This document shows positions 1-8,919 of a stretch of DNA of 29,067 nucleotides, piece by piece. This DNA comes from an uncultured Pseudomonadota bacterium. GTDB lineage: Bacteria > Babelota > Babeliae > Babelales > RVW-14. The DNA is taken from contig CAZLQB010000002.1 of assembly GCA_964561585.1 (NCBI GenBank), forward strand, positions 1 through 29,067, read 5' to 3'. The position numbers and the translations under genes are program-made. Position 1 is the first letter of the stretch. Each line of letters begins with the position of its first letter. Under the pieces are notes generated by a model that did no database searches, was not told the DNA's origin, and saw nothing but the letters and a program-made list of their open reading frames with translations.

Positions 1-99
1 AAGAATGGCCAGCTATAACAAACACCGGATATATTCTTCACAAGGGCTCCGTTGTTATGATTTTTGGGCTTGAGGGGAATAAATTAATCGTTCGATAAT

Positions 100-130
100 C
101 CTAGGGAGGTGCAGGAGGGAACGGCCTGCA
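100..130 (+). repeat. Short GC-rich palindromic repeat (copy A): cctagggaggtgcaggagggaacggcctgca. It contains the inverted repeat TGCAGG...CCTGCA.
   Basis: An exact 29-bp match to the reverse complement of 22678..22706. An expanded copy lies at 5636..5702. GC-rich against an AT-rich background. Confidence 0.8.
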
Positions 131-169
131 ATACATTAATTCTGCATTTTAAAAATATAAGGATTTTAT

Positions 170-1120
170 ATGTTAATGACCGCATTTCTTATCGCTTTTG
201 GCATTCTCGTTATTGTTTTGGCAAGCATTTTAATCAAATCAACTTTTCTGGTACGGCAAGCGGAAGTTGTTATTATCGAAAGACTTGGTAGCTTCCATCA
301 AATATTGCCTTCCGGCATGCATTTTATTATCCCATTTATGGATCAACCGCGTAAAATCCTTTGGACATTCACCAAAGAAGATCCTCGGGGTAAATCGTTG
401 TATCGTTATCATGAATTTGTTGAACGTATTGATTTGCGCGAAACGGTTTACGATTTTCCTAAGCAAAGCGTTATTACCAAAGACAACGTTACCATAGACC
501 TCAGCGCCCTTTTGTATTACCAAATAACTGATCCGCGCTCGGTCATGTACGAAGTTTCTAACCTTCCTCAGTCGATAGAAAAATTAACCCAAACAACCAT
601 GCGTAACATTATTGGTTCGTTGGACCTTGACGAAACGTTAACCTCACGCGACAAAATCAACGAACGTCTTCGCTTGGTATTAGATGATGCCAGCGAAAAA
701 TGGGGCGTTAAAATCAACCGTGTTGAATTACAAGAAATTCTTCCACCGGCCGATATTCGTGAAGCCATGGAAAAACAAATGCGTGCCGAACGTACCCGCC
801 GAGCCCAAATATTAGAAGCTGAAGGTAATAAAATGTCAGCAATATTGGAAGCCGAAGGCGATTATCAATCACGCGTCACCCGCGCAAAAGGTGAAGCAGA
901 ATCTCGTCGTATTTTTGCAGAAGCGGAATCGGACACAATTAAAATTATTAAAGATGCATTACCATCGGCCGATCCCCTTGCCTACCTTATCGCCATGAAT
1001 TACATCAAGGTATTGCCAGAAATGACAAAGGATAAATCGGGCAAAATGATTATTCTTCCTTACGAAGCATCAGCGCTCATGGGTTCATTGACCTCCATTA
1101 AAGAATTGTTTAAACAATAA
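170..1120 (+). CDS. SPFH/band-7 (stomatin/prohibitin-like) membrane protein
   Basis: N-terminal TM helix. The stomatin core is recognisable (VIIERLG...IIPFMD...QSVITKDNVTIDLSALLYYQITDP...) followed by a coiled-coil Glu/Ala-rich tail (ILEAEGNKMSAILEAEGDYQ). An SD-like AAGGA lies 11 nt upstream of the ATG. Confidence 0.8.
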   Translation: MLMTAFLIAFGILVIVLASILIKSTFLVRQAEVVIIERLGSFHQILPSGMHFIIPFMDQPRKILWTFTKEDPRGKSLYRYHEFVERIDLRETVYDFPKQSVITKDNVTIDLSALLYYQITDPRSVMYEVSNLPQSIEKLTQTTMRNIIGSLDLDETLTSRDKINERLRLVLDDASEKWGVKINRVELQEILPPADIREAMEKQMRAERTRRAQILEAEGNKMSAILEAEGDYQSRVTRAKGEAESRRIFAEAESDTIKIIKDALPSADPLAYLIAMNYIKVLPEMTKDKSGKMIILPYEASALMGSLTSIKELFKQ

Positions 1121-1135
1121 AACGGGGTTTAGAAC

Positions 1136-3043
1136 TTGTTGCGCCGCCTAGTCATTATAATCTTATTTTTCTGTTGCACCGGAATAGGGGCTCTTTTTTA
1201 TTTATTTGAAAAAGAGTGGGTTGATTTTTCGGCGCTCGGCTATTATTCAAATGCAAAACCATCCATTGTCCTTGACGAAGAAGGACGAGAAATAGGCCGG
1301 TTTGAACTTGATCGCCGAGACCCGGTAACCTATGATAAAATACCGGATATTCTCATTAAAGCATTTGTTGCGACCGAAGATCATCACTTTTTTGAGCACA
1401 CAGGAATTTCTATTAAAGGTATTGTTCGATCATTCTTGGTCAATATATATCATGGACGCGTTGTACAAGGCGCAAGTACCATAACCCAACAACTTGCCAG
1501 AACCATGTTTTTGTACCATGATCGTACCGTTTGGCGCAAAATCCAAGAAATTTTTATCGCATTCCAACTCGAGCGCCAACTCAGCAAAGAACAAATTATG
1601 GAGCTCTACCTTAATAACATATATTTTGGCCGCGGCACCTATGGCGTTGAAGCTGCCTGCAGAAGATTTTGGAACAAAACGCTTGATCAAATTACAACGG
1701 CCGACGCAGCCACCTTGGCGGCCGTTGCGGCATCAGCACGTCTCTATTCGCCGCTTAATGCACCATGTTCGGCTAAAAAACGACGCAACATTATTATTAC
1801 CGCAATGCTTAAACAGGGCTTTATCACCTTAAAAGAAAGTGAGCATGCAAGAAAAGAAAAGCTAACAGTCCTTGATTTTGTTCAAGGCAACCCAATCCGG
1901 CTTTATATTCTTGAATGGATAAGAACATGGGCCGAAAGCATTTGGGGCAAGGACGCGCTTTACCGCAAAGGCCTGCGCATCCAAACATCAATAAATCTTG
2001 AGGTCCAGGCGGCGGCAGAAAAATCTTTTGCCAATATCGCAACTCTTTTACGCAAACAAGTTGGCGAAAACCTCAATGGAGGACTCGTTTCGATGGAACC
2101 ATCAACGGGACAAGTAAAGGCTTTTGTTGGTGGTATTAATTTTAAGGAATCACAATTTAACCGCGCGTTTCAAGCTCACCGCCAAATGGGATCATCGTTC
2201 AAGCCGTATATCTATGCTTATGCACTTGAGCGCGGCCAGGAACTTGATCAAATTATGGTTGATGAACCGGTCGAACTAACCATGCCCAACGGCCAAACAT
2301 GGACACCAAAAAACTGGAATAACACCTTCGAAGGCCCTATGACGCTTGCACGAGCACTCACCATGTCCAATAACATTATTACAATCAAATTATTCCTCGA
2401 CCAAGGAATCAAAGATATGGTGGCATGGGCTAAACGTTTTGGATTTAAAAATAGCGTTCCCCCATATCCATCGGCAGCACTTGGCACAACCGAGGTTACG
2501 GTCGAAGAAAATTGCGCAGCGTTTAACGTTTTTGCAACCAACGGCATGTTTGTAAAACCTTATCTCATCGACTGGGTAAAGGATGAATGGGGCGCAAAAC
2601 TGTGGGAATATGAACCGGTTAAATACCGCGTCATTTCAAGCAAAATAGCATCTAAAATGATTAACGCCCTTTCGCACCGCATGGCAATCAATAAACAGCA
2701 ATCACGATTCGGTTGGTTCGATGCCGATAGCATTGGAAAAACGGGATCAACTAATGGTGCGGCAACTACCTGGTTTGTTGGCGCTACACCTGGTTTGACA
2801 ACGGCTATATACCTTGGCCGCGATGACAATAAGCCAATGGGATCACAGATATTTGCAAGCGCAACGGCTTTCCCTGTCTGGCTTGGACTCTATAATGCAA
2901 TTCCTCACCATAAAAAACATTTCTATACCGATCCTGGTTTACACGAAGTCTCAATTGATTGGGTAACCGGATTATCAAGCTCGTACGAACCAATGCTTAA
3001 TGCTCAGGATTCGGCACAGACGATAAAGATATTAAAGGGATAG
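1136..3043 (+). CDS. Class A penicillin-binding protein, a bifunctional peptidoglycan glycosyltransferase/transpeptidase (PBP1A-like). It starts with TTG.
   Basis: GT51 motifs are present: ATEDHHFFEHTG, GASTITQQLAR and RKIQE...LER. Transpeptidase motifs are present: SSFKP (SxxK), SNN (SxN) and KTGS (KTG). N-terminal TM anchor. Confidence 0.85.
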   Translation: MLRRLVIIILFFCCTGIGALFYLFEKEWVDFSALGYYSNAKPSIVLDEEGREIGRFELDRRDPVTYDKIPDILIKAFVATEDHHFFEHTGISIKGIVRSFLVNIYHGRVVQGASTITQQLARTMFLYHDRTVWRKIQEIFIAFQLERQLSKEQIMELYLNNIYFGRGTYGVEAACRRFWNKTLDQITTADAATLAAVAASARLYSPLNAPCSAKKRRNIIITAMLKQGFITLKESEHARKEKLTVLDFVQGNPIRLYILEWIRTWAESIWGKDALYRKGLRIQTSINLEVQAAAEKSFANIATLLRKQVGENLNGGLVSMEPSTGQVKAFVGGINFKESQFNRAFQAHRQMGSSFKPYIYAYALERGQELDQIMVDEPVELTMPNGQTWTPKNWNNTFEGPMTLARALTMSNNIITIKLFLDQGIKDMVAWAKRFGFKNSVPPYPSAALGTTEVTVEENCAAFNVFATNGMFVKPYLIDWVKDEWGAKLWEYEPVKYRVISSKIASKMINALSHRMAINKQQSRFGWFDADSIGKTGSTNGAATTWFVGATPGLTTAIYLGRDDNKPMGSQIFASATAFPVWLGLYNAIPHHKKHFYTDPGLHEVSIDWVTGLSSSYEPMLNAQDSAQTIKILKG

Positions 3044-3250
3044 GCTCGAGCGCCGTTCGTACCCATTCGACTACGCTCAGGGCGAACGGCGGATTAATAT
3101 CCTGCACCGCGTCGAAGGACGCCCTGTAATTGCTATGGCGGACAGGCAGAACGAACGAGTAAAATTTCGTTCGTGGTGAGCGAAGCCCCTTTGGGCGAAG
3201 TCGAATCCACATGAAATTTTGAGCATATCGAACCACCGCCCAAAAGAGCG
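3044..3250. repeat. GC-rich, multi-hairpin intergenic element between convergent genes. It may be a composite palindromic repeat or a small structured RNA.
   Basis: Several perfect stems are visible: CGCCGTTCG/CGAACGGCG (3051-3059/3083-3091), ACGAACG/CGTTCGT (about 3150-3175) and CCACCGC/GCGGTGG (about 3234-3253). It contains the module ggcggacaggc shared with the uvrC insertion (reverse complement gcctgtccgcc). Confidence 0.6.
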
Positions 3251-3285
3251 GTGGACAAACATCATATTATAAAAACAGAAAGCTA

Positions 3286-4830
3286 TTATCGATTCAGAAA
3301 ATAAACATCAAGCTTGAAAAGCTTACGCGTTAGATACAACCCGGCCATAACAATCAAAGCCCAGGTAGATGCAAATACCCAGAACCCAAGCCAATGCTTT
3401 ACCCATACCAAATGCATATGTGCCGTATAATAACCAACGACAAAAATTAAGCTGGCAAGCAACAACTGGACAACATAGCGGCCCAAGAAATTGAAGTAAT
3501 TGCCCGAATAAAAGGTAAATCCATGCTTGGTGCGCAAGAAATAGAAACACATAAAGGTCATCGTAATGCCAGACCATACAACGGCAGCGGCGATACCATA
3601 AGAACCCCACAAATACATACCGGCCGCATCACCACCCAAATTGACCAACGCAGAAACGCCAGCGGCAATTGTTGTTGATGTGGTATCTTTCATTGAATAA
3701 AAAACACTCAATAAAATCTTGTTTAAGCACAAAAACAACAACGCACAAAGATAAATCATGAGGATAAAACCGGCCTCAGAAACTTGTGCTGCCGTTTGTT
3801 TTTTGGAAAATAAAATCATTTCATAGATTGGTTTTGATAAGAAAATCATGGCCAACGTTACCGGAATAACTACCCATGTCACCAATTTTGCCGACTCAAG
3901 AATATAGAAATTAAGACGACGTGGCGCATATAAAACAACGCGTGAAAAGTGAGGCAATAAGACGCTCGTTAACGCTACGGCAACAACGCCCAATGGAATG
4001 TTCATAAAGCGGCTACCATAATGCAACAAGGTCACCGAACCCTTGGGCAGATATGAAGCAAAAATACCACTCACCAAAAGATTTATCTCAACAATACTAA
4101 CCCCGAATAAGCAGGGGAAAAACTTGGTCAAAACATTTCTAAATAAAACCTTAACCTGCGGGGTTATGGCACCAAACTTGAAGTTCAATTTAAAGTAAAA
4201 ATAAATATGCAAAAGTAATTGAACGGCCGCCCCGGCCAAAACGCCTCCACAAATAAACATGGGCGTCAGGTTATAATTCAGCGCAAGCAACAAAGCCCCG
4301 ATATAAACCATATTCCACAGCGGCGTGCCAAATGCCGGAGCAAAAAAGTGATTAACCGATTGCAATGCACCAGCAAATAATGAGCTGCTTGAAACAAACA
4401 ATAAAAATGGAAATAAGACGCGTAAAAAGGGGATAGCGTACGTCACCTGTTCTTCTGAAAATCCGGGAGCAAAGAGCCAAACAACAAGGTCGGCCTTAAA
4501 AAAAACAAAAATACACAGCAATAAGACTAACCCCTCAAAAAACAAAAGGGCGATGGTCATTAATCCATTCGATGTTTCCCGATCCCCTTCCTTTACACTT
4601 TTCACAAATTCGGGAACAAAGGATGCGCTCATGGCACCTTCGGCAAATACATGGCGAAAAAGATTAGGCAATTTAAATGCCGCCAAATAAGCATCAGAAA
4701 CCGCACCAACACCAAAAAATCTTACGATAAAAACTTCTCGAATAATTCCCAGAAGGCGACTAAAAAAAGTAATGCCACCAACCTTGGCCGCATTTTTTAC
4801 AATGACACTTTTATGCAGATGAAGGCTCAT
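3286..4830 (-). CDS. murJ: Lipid II flippase MurJ (MviN)
   Basis: The N-terminus FFSRLLGIIREVFIVRFFGVGAVSDAYLAAFKLPNLFRHVFAEGAMSASFVPEF matches the MurJ signature region. A multi-TM protein of 514 aa. SD AAGGAAA lies 5 nt upstream. Confidence 0.9.
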   Translation of the reverse strand: MSLHLHKSVIVKNAAKVGGITFFSRLLGIIREVFIVRFFGVGAVSDAYLAAFKLPNLFRHVFAEGAMSASFVPEFVKSVKEGDRETSNGLMTIALLFFEGLVLLLCIFVFFKADLVVWLFAPGFSEEQVTYAIPFLRVLFPFLLFVSSSSLFAGALQSVNHFFAPAFGTPLWNMVYIGALLLALNYNLTPMFICGGVLAGAAVQLLLHIYFYFKLNFKFGAITPQVKVLFRNVLTKFFPCLFGVSIVEINLLVSGIFASYLPKGSVTLLHYGSRFMNIPLGVVAVALTSVLLPHFSRVVLYAPRRLNFYILESAKLVTWVVIPVTLAMIFLSKPIYEMILFSKKQTAAQVSEAGFILMIYLCALLFLCLNKILLSVFYSMKDTTSTTIAAGVSALVNLGGDAAGMYLWGSYGIAAAVVWSGITMTFMCFYFLRTKHGFTFYSGNYFNFLGRYVVQLLLASLIFVVGYYTAHMHLVWVKHWLGFWVFASTWALIVMAGLYLTRKLFKLDVYFLNR

Positions 4831-4890
4831 GTATTTCCTTGTTTTTTTTACCCGAAATTTAAACTATTTATTCGCCCCAGCTTATACAAA

Positions 4891-6573
4891 TCATACACCA
4901 TTATCAAGGCCTTTTCGCGCTATTTTACGGTGAAAACTAATGGCAAAGTGGTGAGTATAGTCACGCAGGGCAATCAATAGCTGGCCGGCAAAGGTCATTT
5001 TATCAAGACGACGCCCCTCTGGAAGCCGATCGGCGTAAACAGTTTCTTCGCGTTTTGCCAAACTGATAACATCAACCCCGTCCGGTATTAGTGGCCGCGT
5101 AGCCGATAACTGCCCTTTCCCACCATCAATTACCACAAGATCGGGTAAATCTTCCCCATCACGGTACCGCCGCCCAACAATCTCGGCCAAACTGGCATAA
5201 TCGTCCTGCCCTTTAACCGTTTTTATATGAAAATGGCGAAACATTTTTTTGTCAGGCTGGCCATCGGTAAACCGCACACAAGACCCAACCATAAACATCC
5301 CTTGCTTGTGAGAGATATCAAAACAATCGATTTTGCGCGGCTCTTTGGCCAATTTAAGGAGTCGTTTAAGGGATTGGCCCAACGTTGCCTTTTTGATAAG
5401 TTCCTGCGCAACCTGGACCGTTGCATAGCGTATTAATGACAATTCATGGCCAATAGTAGGCTGCATAATGGTCACCGGTTGGTCAAGGTGGTGCCATTGA
5501 GTTAAAAACTGTTGGTACAAATCTCGTTCGGCCGGCGCAAGGTCAAAATTGACGAGTATTCTGATGGCTGGTCTAAAGGTTCGGTAATAACCTATAAAGT
5601 ATTCTTCTAAATTTTGCGGCTCATAAGGGGGTTCTCCAAGGGAGGTGCAGGAGGGCCTGTCCGCCGTAGCCACGCCAGGGCGAAGGCTGGAAACGGCCTG
5701 CATTAAATCAATATCAACAAAAGGAAAATAGAAACTTTGTTTAAGCCTCAGCACATTTTGCTGCTCAATCAAAACATGAAGCGACCTTTTATCATCGGCC
5801 AAAATCCAAATATCATGCCCAACCCGCCCGCCAACACTCATAGGCTTAATATCTAAATACGAAAAAACCTTATGGCACGCTGTGTAATACCCGTGTAATT
5901 CACGCGCACGCTCAAATTCTTCCCGCTTATTGCATGCCTGTATTTGCGCCATAAGGTCATCAAGAAAAACTTTATGCCCCTGCGACATCACCCGCCGCGC
6001 GAGATTAAGCCGTTCGGTATATGCTGCTTCATCAAAATCAGGCCGGCATTTTCCAGCGCAAATGCCAAGGTGATAGTCCAAGCACCCATTTTCAATCTTT
6101 TTTTTACATAACTTAAGGCGAAATGTTTTTATCAAAAAATCATAAACTTGGCGCGCCGCAGCCTTTTCAAGAAACGGTCCTAAATAGGTCCCCTTTTGCT
6201 TACGATTTCGCACCAATTTAAGCTCAGGCAATTTATTGGCCGTAAAAAGCAGGAATATAAACGGCTGGCCGGTCTTGAGTAAAACGTTAAATTTTGGCTG
6301 GTTGCTTTGAATAAGTTGAGCCTCAAGCAACATCGCCTCAAGTTCAGTTCCGGTTATCTGGTGGTCAAGGTGGTCACTTTCTTGCAATAAACTATCAACC
6401 TTTACATCTCGCCCAGCGCGCTGCAAATAATTGGCTCCGCGCTTTTTGAGGTTTTTCGCCTTGCCTATATAAAGAATATGGCCTTCGGCATCCTTAAAAA
6501 GATAAACGCCTGGCTTAGCGGGCAACTTTTTGATATCGGCAGCAACTTTTTCATGTTCAGTTAAAAGAATCAT
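4891..6573 (-). CDS. uvrC: Excinuclease ABC subunit C (UvrC), carrying an in-frame repeat insertion
   Basis: N-terminal GIY-YIG domain (PGVYLFKDAEGHILYIGKAKNLKKR). Endonuclease-domain motif IDCFDISHKQG. SD AGGAGAGG upstream. The repeat at 5636..5702 is translated in-frame (QAVSSLRPGVATADRPSCTSLG) in the linker before the endonuclease domain. Confidence 0.85.
   Translation of the reverse strand: MILLTEHEKVAADIKKLPAKPGVYLFKDAEGHILYIGKAKNLKKRGANYLQRAGRDVKVDSLLQESDHLDHQITGTELEAMLLEAQLIQSNQPKFNVLLKTGQPFIFLLFTANKLPELKLVRNRKQKGTYLGPFLEKAAARQVYDFLIKTFRLKLCKKKIENGCLDYHLGICAGKCRPDFDEAAYTERLNLARRVMSQGHKVFLDDLMAQIQACNKREEFERARELHGYYTACHKVFSYLDIKPMSVGGRVGHDIWILADDKRSLHVLIEQQNVLRLKQSFYFPFVDIDLMQAVSSLRPGVATADRPSCTSLGEPPYEPQNLEEYFIGYYRTFRPAIRILVNFDLAPAERDLYQQFLTQWHHLDQPVTIMQPTIGHELSLIRYATVQVAQELIKKATLGQSLKRLLKLAKEPRKIDCFDISHKQGMFMVGSCVRFTDGQPDKKMFRHFHIKTVKGQDDYASLAEIVGRRYRDGEDLPDLVVIDGGKGQLSATRPLIPDGVDVISLAKREETVYADRLPEGRRLDKMTFAGQLLIALRDYTHHFAISFHRKIARKGLDNGV
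5636..5702. repeat. Expanded copy (B) of the palindromic repeat, with a 35-bp internal module, sitting inside the uvrC coding sequence
   Basis: ccaagggaggtgcaggaggg + cctgtccgccgtagccacgccagggcgaaggctgg + aaacggcctgca. The flanks are identical to copies A and C. The internal module is related to 3100..3146 (reverse complement). Confidence 0.8.
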
Positions 6574-6584
6574 TATAGCCTCTC

Positions 6585-7454
6585 CTAAAATTCTGGCGGC
6601 GAATCAAGCAAATTACAGGAAGGTAATGGTTGCACAATCACAATAAGATCAATAATTCGAGGATCCAGGTAATCATAAACACTATTCGTAAGCACCCCAC
6701 CGTCAAAACATCGTAGCAAATCTACCAATTTTGGCATCAAATGGGTCGGTTTATTATAATCATCGTCATCCAGAAAAGCATATGCTTTGGGGTGAGCTGG
6801 AGTTTCAAGAATATGATCAATAATCGACCGCTTCCAACCACCAACAAGTCCACCCATTTTTTCACGATCCATTTCTTTGCGAACCTCAAGAACCTCCTGG
6901 TACATGTCCCTGGGCATGGCAAATAAATTTTCAGATGTAAGCCCGCACAGCCCATAAAAACGAAGCTCTTCAACCAAAAAGGACTTATGATCAATCACAT
7001 TACCAGACTCGTCAATAAAACTTTCTGGCCGAGCCGTTATGATATAAATAGGGACTCCAAGCTCATGCAATTCATTAAAAAAACTTATTACCGAGGGAAT
7101 AAAAGACATCGTTGCCCCGGGGAGCTTATCAATAGCCTTAAAATCTTCACCTGTCCTAATTAATACGCCATCAATATCAAAAGCCACAAAAAACGAAATT
7201 TTACCGAAGTTATTATGTTCATATACTTTTGCACGAACGTCTCTAATTTGCGCCCGCATAAGCTGCAACCATACCGTATAAGCGGCCCTTATCTTTTTGA
7301 TTTCACGTTCACCGTCCAATGAAGCGGTGGCCAAATCAGGGGAAGCTTCAACAGGAGCATCAGGCAGTTTCATTGCACTTAAATAGCGACCCCCGTATAT
7401 ACATGTTGTTAAAAACATAGCAGCAATTAAAAGTTTTTTTTTGATAAAAGACAT
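6585..7454 (-). CDS. Secreted lipoprotein of the HAD/DDDD phosphohydrolase superfamily (class B/C acid-phosphatase-like)
   Basis: The likely start is MSFIKKK at 7454, with a GAGGGGG SD. Signal peptide with a lipobox-like LTTC. HAD motif I FDIDGVL, then IITARPE, and an acidic FLDDDDYN cluster. 11 nt upstream of uvrC on the same strand. Confidence 0.5.
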   Translation of the reverse strand: MSFIKKKLLIAAMFLTTCIYGGRYLSAMKLPDAPVEASPDLATASLDGEREIKKIRAAYTVWLQLMRAQIRDVRAKVYEHNNFGKISFFVAFDIDGVLIRTGEDFKAIDKLPGATMSFIPSVISFFNELHELGVPIYIITARPESFIDESGNVIDHKSFLVEELRFYGLCGLTSENLFAMPRDMYQEVLEVRKEMDREKMGGLVGGWKRSIIDHILETPAHPKAYAFLDDDDYNKPTHLMPKLVDLLRCFDGGVLTNSVYDYLDPRIIDLIVIVQPLPSCNLLDSPPEF

Positions 7455-7656
7455 CACGCCCCCTCTAAAAAATATCACACCAAAAAGCTACCAAGATTTC
7501 TTATCATAACAAAAAACAGTGCGCCTGATAATTTATGACTGCAATTTATTTCTTGTTCCAAGCAAATTTATTGTACTTTTGTTTACTGACACAAAAAAAC
7601 AGGTATATTTATAGCACGTTTTAGTAGTTAATTAATCATTATATTGCGAGTTTATC

Positions 7657-8868
7657 ATGTTTTTCAGATTCAGGGCGTTCGTAATCACCATCGTTATTGG
7701 TTATGCAGTTTGGTTTGTGGGCAAAACAACCTACCGTTACCTCACGCACAACCAACCACCAGTTGTTACCATGGCAAAACTGGAAAACGAGGGAACATAC
7801 AATAAAGACCTCCGTTGCTCAATAACGGCCAACAATGAATATAAAATTTCTCAGATCAAAGCAATTCTTGATAATAGAGAAATAGACCTAGGTCGTGCTG
7901 GAAATGTTAGCGCAAAACAATTCGAAGTTCCGCTCAATATTGATACAACCCATATGTCCGATGGAAAACACACCTTGAATATTGAAGCGGTCGATTCAAG
8001 CTATCATCATAATGCATCAGAAAAAAAATGGACTTTCTATGTTGATAACAAACCCCTTCGGGCAATGTTCATAGAATCAAATTACAAGGTAGATCAAGGC
8101 AAAACGCTTCACCTCAAAATCCAGGCCAACAAAAAATTGGGTCCTGTTAACGTGCAATTTTTGGCAAAAACGTATGATTGTACCCCAATTAACGATGCCT
8201 CAACAATCTATGAATGTTTTATCCCTATCGAAATTGAAGAAAATGCCCAAGAAATGCCGGTAGCTGCTAATATCGAAGATTTGGTCAAAAACACAATGAT
8301 CATTTCAACTAATGTACAAATTCTTCCGTTTGCCTTTAAAAAGCAAAAGGGCTTTACCGTTTCTGTCGAAAAATTACAAGAGGAAGGCGAAGTCAGCTCA
8401 AGCCATAAAGTACTTGAAGAAGCTATGGCAAAATGGGCAAAAGAATCACCAAAGAAAAAAATGTGGTCCGGACCGTTTGAAATGCCAATCGAAGTTCAAC
8501 GCGTCGCAACGCCATTTGGCGAAATCCGCGTCACACCAGAACGTGGCCGCCACATGCATAAAGGCGTTGACCTTATCAACCGACCTCGCTGCAGTGTTTG
8601 GGCAGCACAAACGGGTAAAGTTATTATCAAAGACCGTTTCTACCTTACGGGTAACACCATAGTAATCGACCATGGACTTGGCGTATTTACACTCTATGGA
8701 CACCTTGAAGAATTTGCCGATATTCAAGTTGGCGACATTATCAAAAAAGGTAATCCTGTGGGCAAATTAGGTATGACGGGATACGCAACCGGTTACCATT
8801 TGCATTGGGAAGTCCGCATAAACAATATAGCGGTCGAACCTACAGAATGGACAACAACCATCTATTAA
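7657..8868 (+). CDS. Membrane-anchored M23 (LytM-type) metallopeptidase
   Basis: C-terminal HxxxD...HxH signature (HKGVDLINRP...IVIDHGLGVFTLYGHL...GYATGYHLHWEVR). N-terminal TM helix. Confidence 0.8.
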   Translation: MFFRFRAFVITIVIGYAVWFVGKTTYRYLTHNQPPVVTMAKLENEGTYNKDLRCSITANNEYKISQIKAILDNREIDLGRAGNVSAKQFEVPLNIDTTHMSDGKHTLNIEAVDSSYHHNASEKKWTFYVDNKPLRAMFIESNYKVDQGKTLHLKIQANKKLGPVNVQFLAKTYDCTPINDASTIYECFIPIEIEENAQEMPVAANIEDLVKNTMIISTNVQILPFAFKKQKGFTVSVEKLQEEGEVSSSHKVLEEAMAKWAKESPKKKMWSGPFEMPIEVQRVATPFGEIRVTPERGRHMHKGVDLINRPRCSVWAAQTGKVIIKDRFYLTGNTIVIDHGLGVFTLYGHLEEFADIQVGDIIKKGNPVGKLGMTGYATGYHLHWEVRINNIAVEPTEWTTTIY

Positions 8869-8889
8869 AAACCATTTGTTAAGAATAAG

Positions 8890-8919
8890 AAAAAGGCCTG
8901 AATATTTTCGGGCCTTTTT
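8890..8919. terminator. Bidirectional rho-independent terminator between convergent genes
   Basis: A 9-bp stem AAAAAGGCC/GGCCTTTTT with a 12-nt loop, flanked by A-runs and T-runs on both strands. It abuts the GspE-like stop codon. Confidence 0.7.

Noticed and set aside
239-523. Several small antisense or overlapping ORFs (for example 239..523 -, 267..497 +, 1430..1690 -, 9349..9609 +, 23173..23646 +)
   Set aside because: They are embedded in long, well-supported genes on the other strand or frame with clear homology. They are typical shadow ORFs.
2997-3265. ORFs of 79 and 62 aa on the minus strand
   Set aside because: They lie inside the GC-rich hairpin and repeat island. The open frames are explained by the GC-rich repeat composition. 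There is no SD and no coding periodicity.
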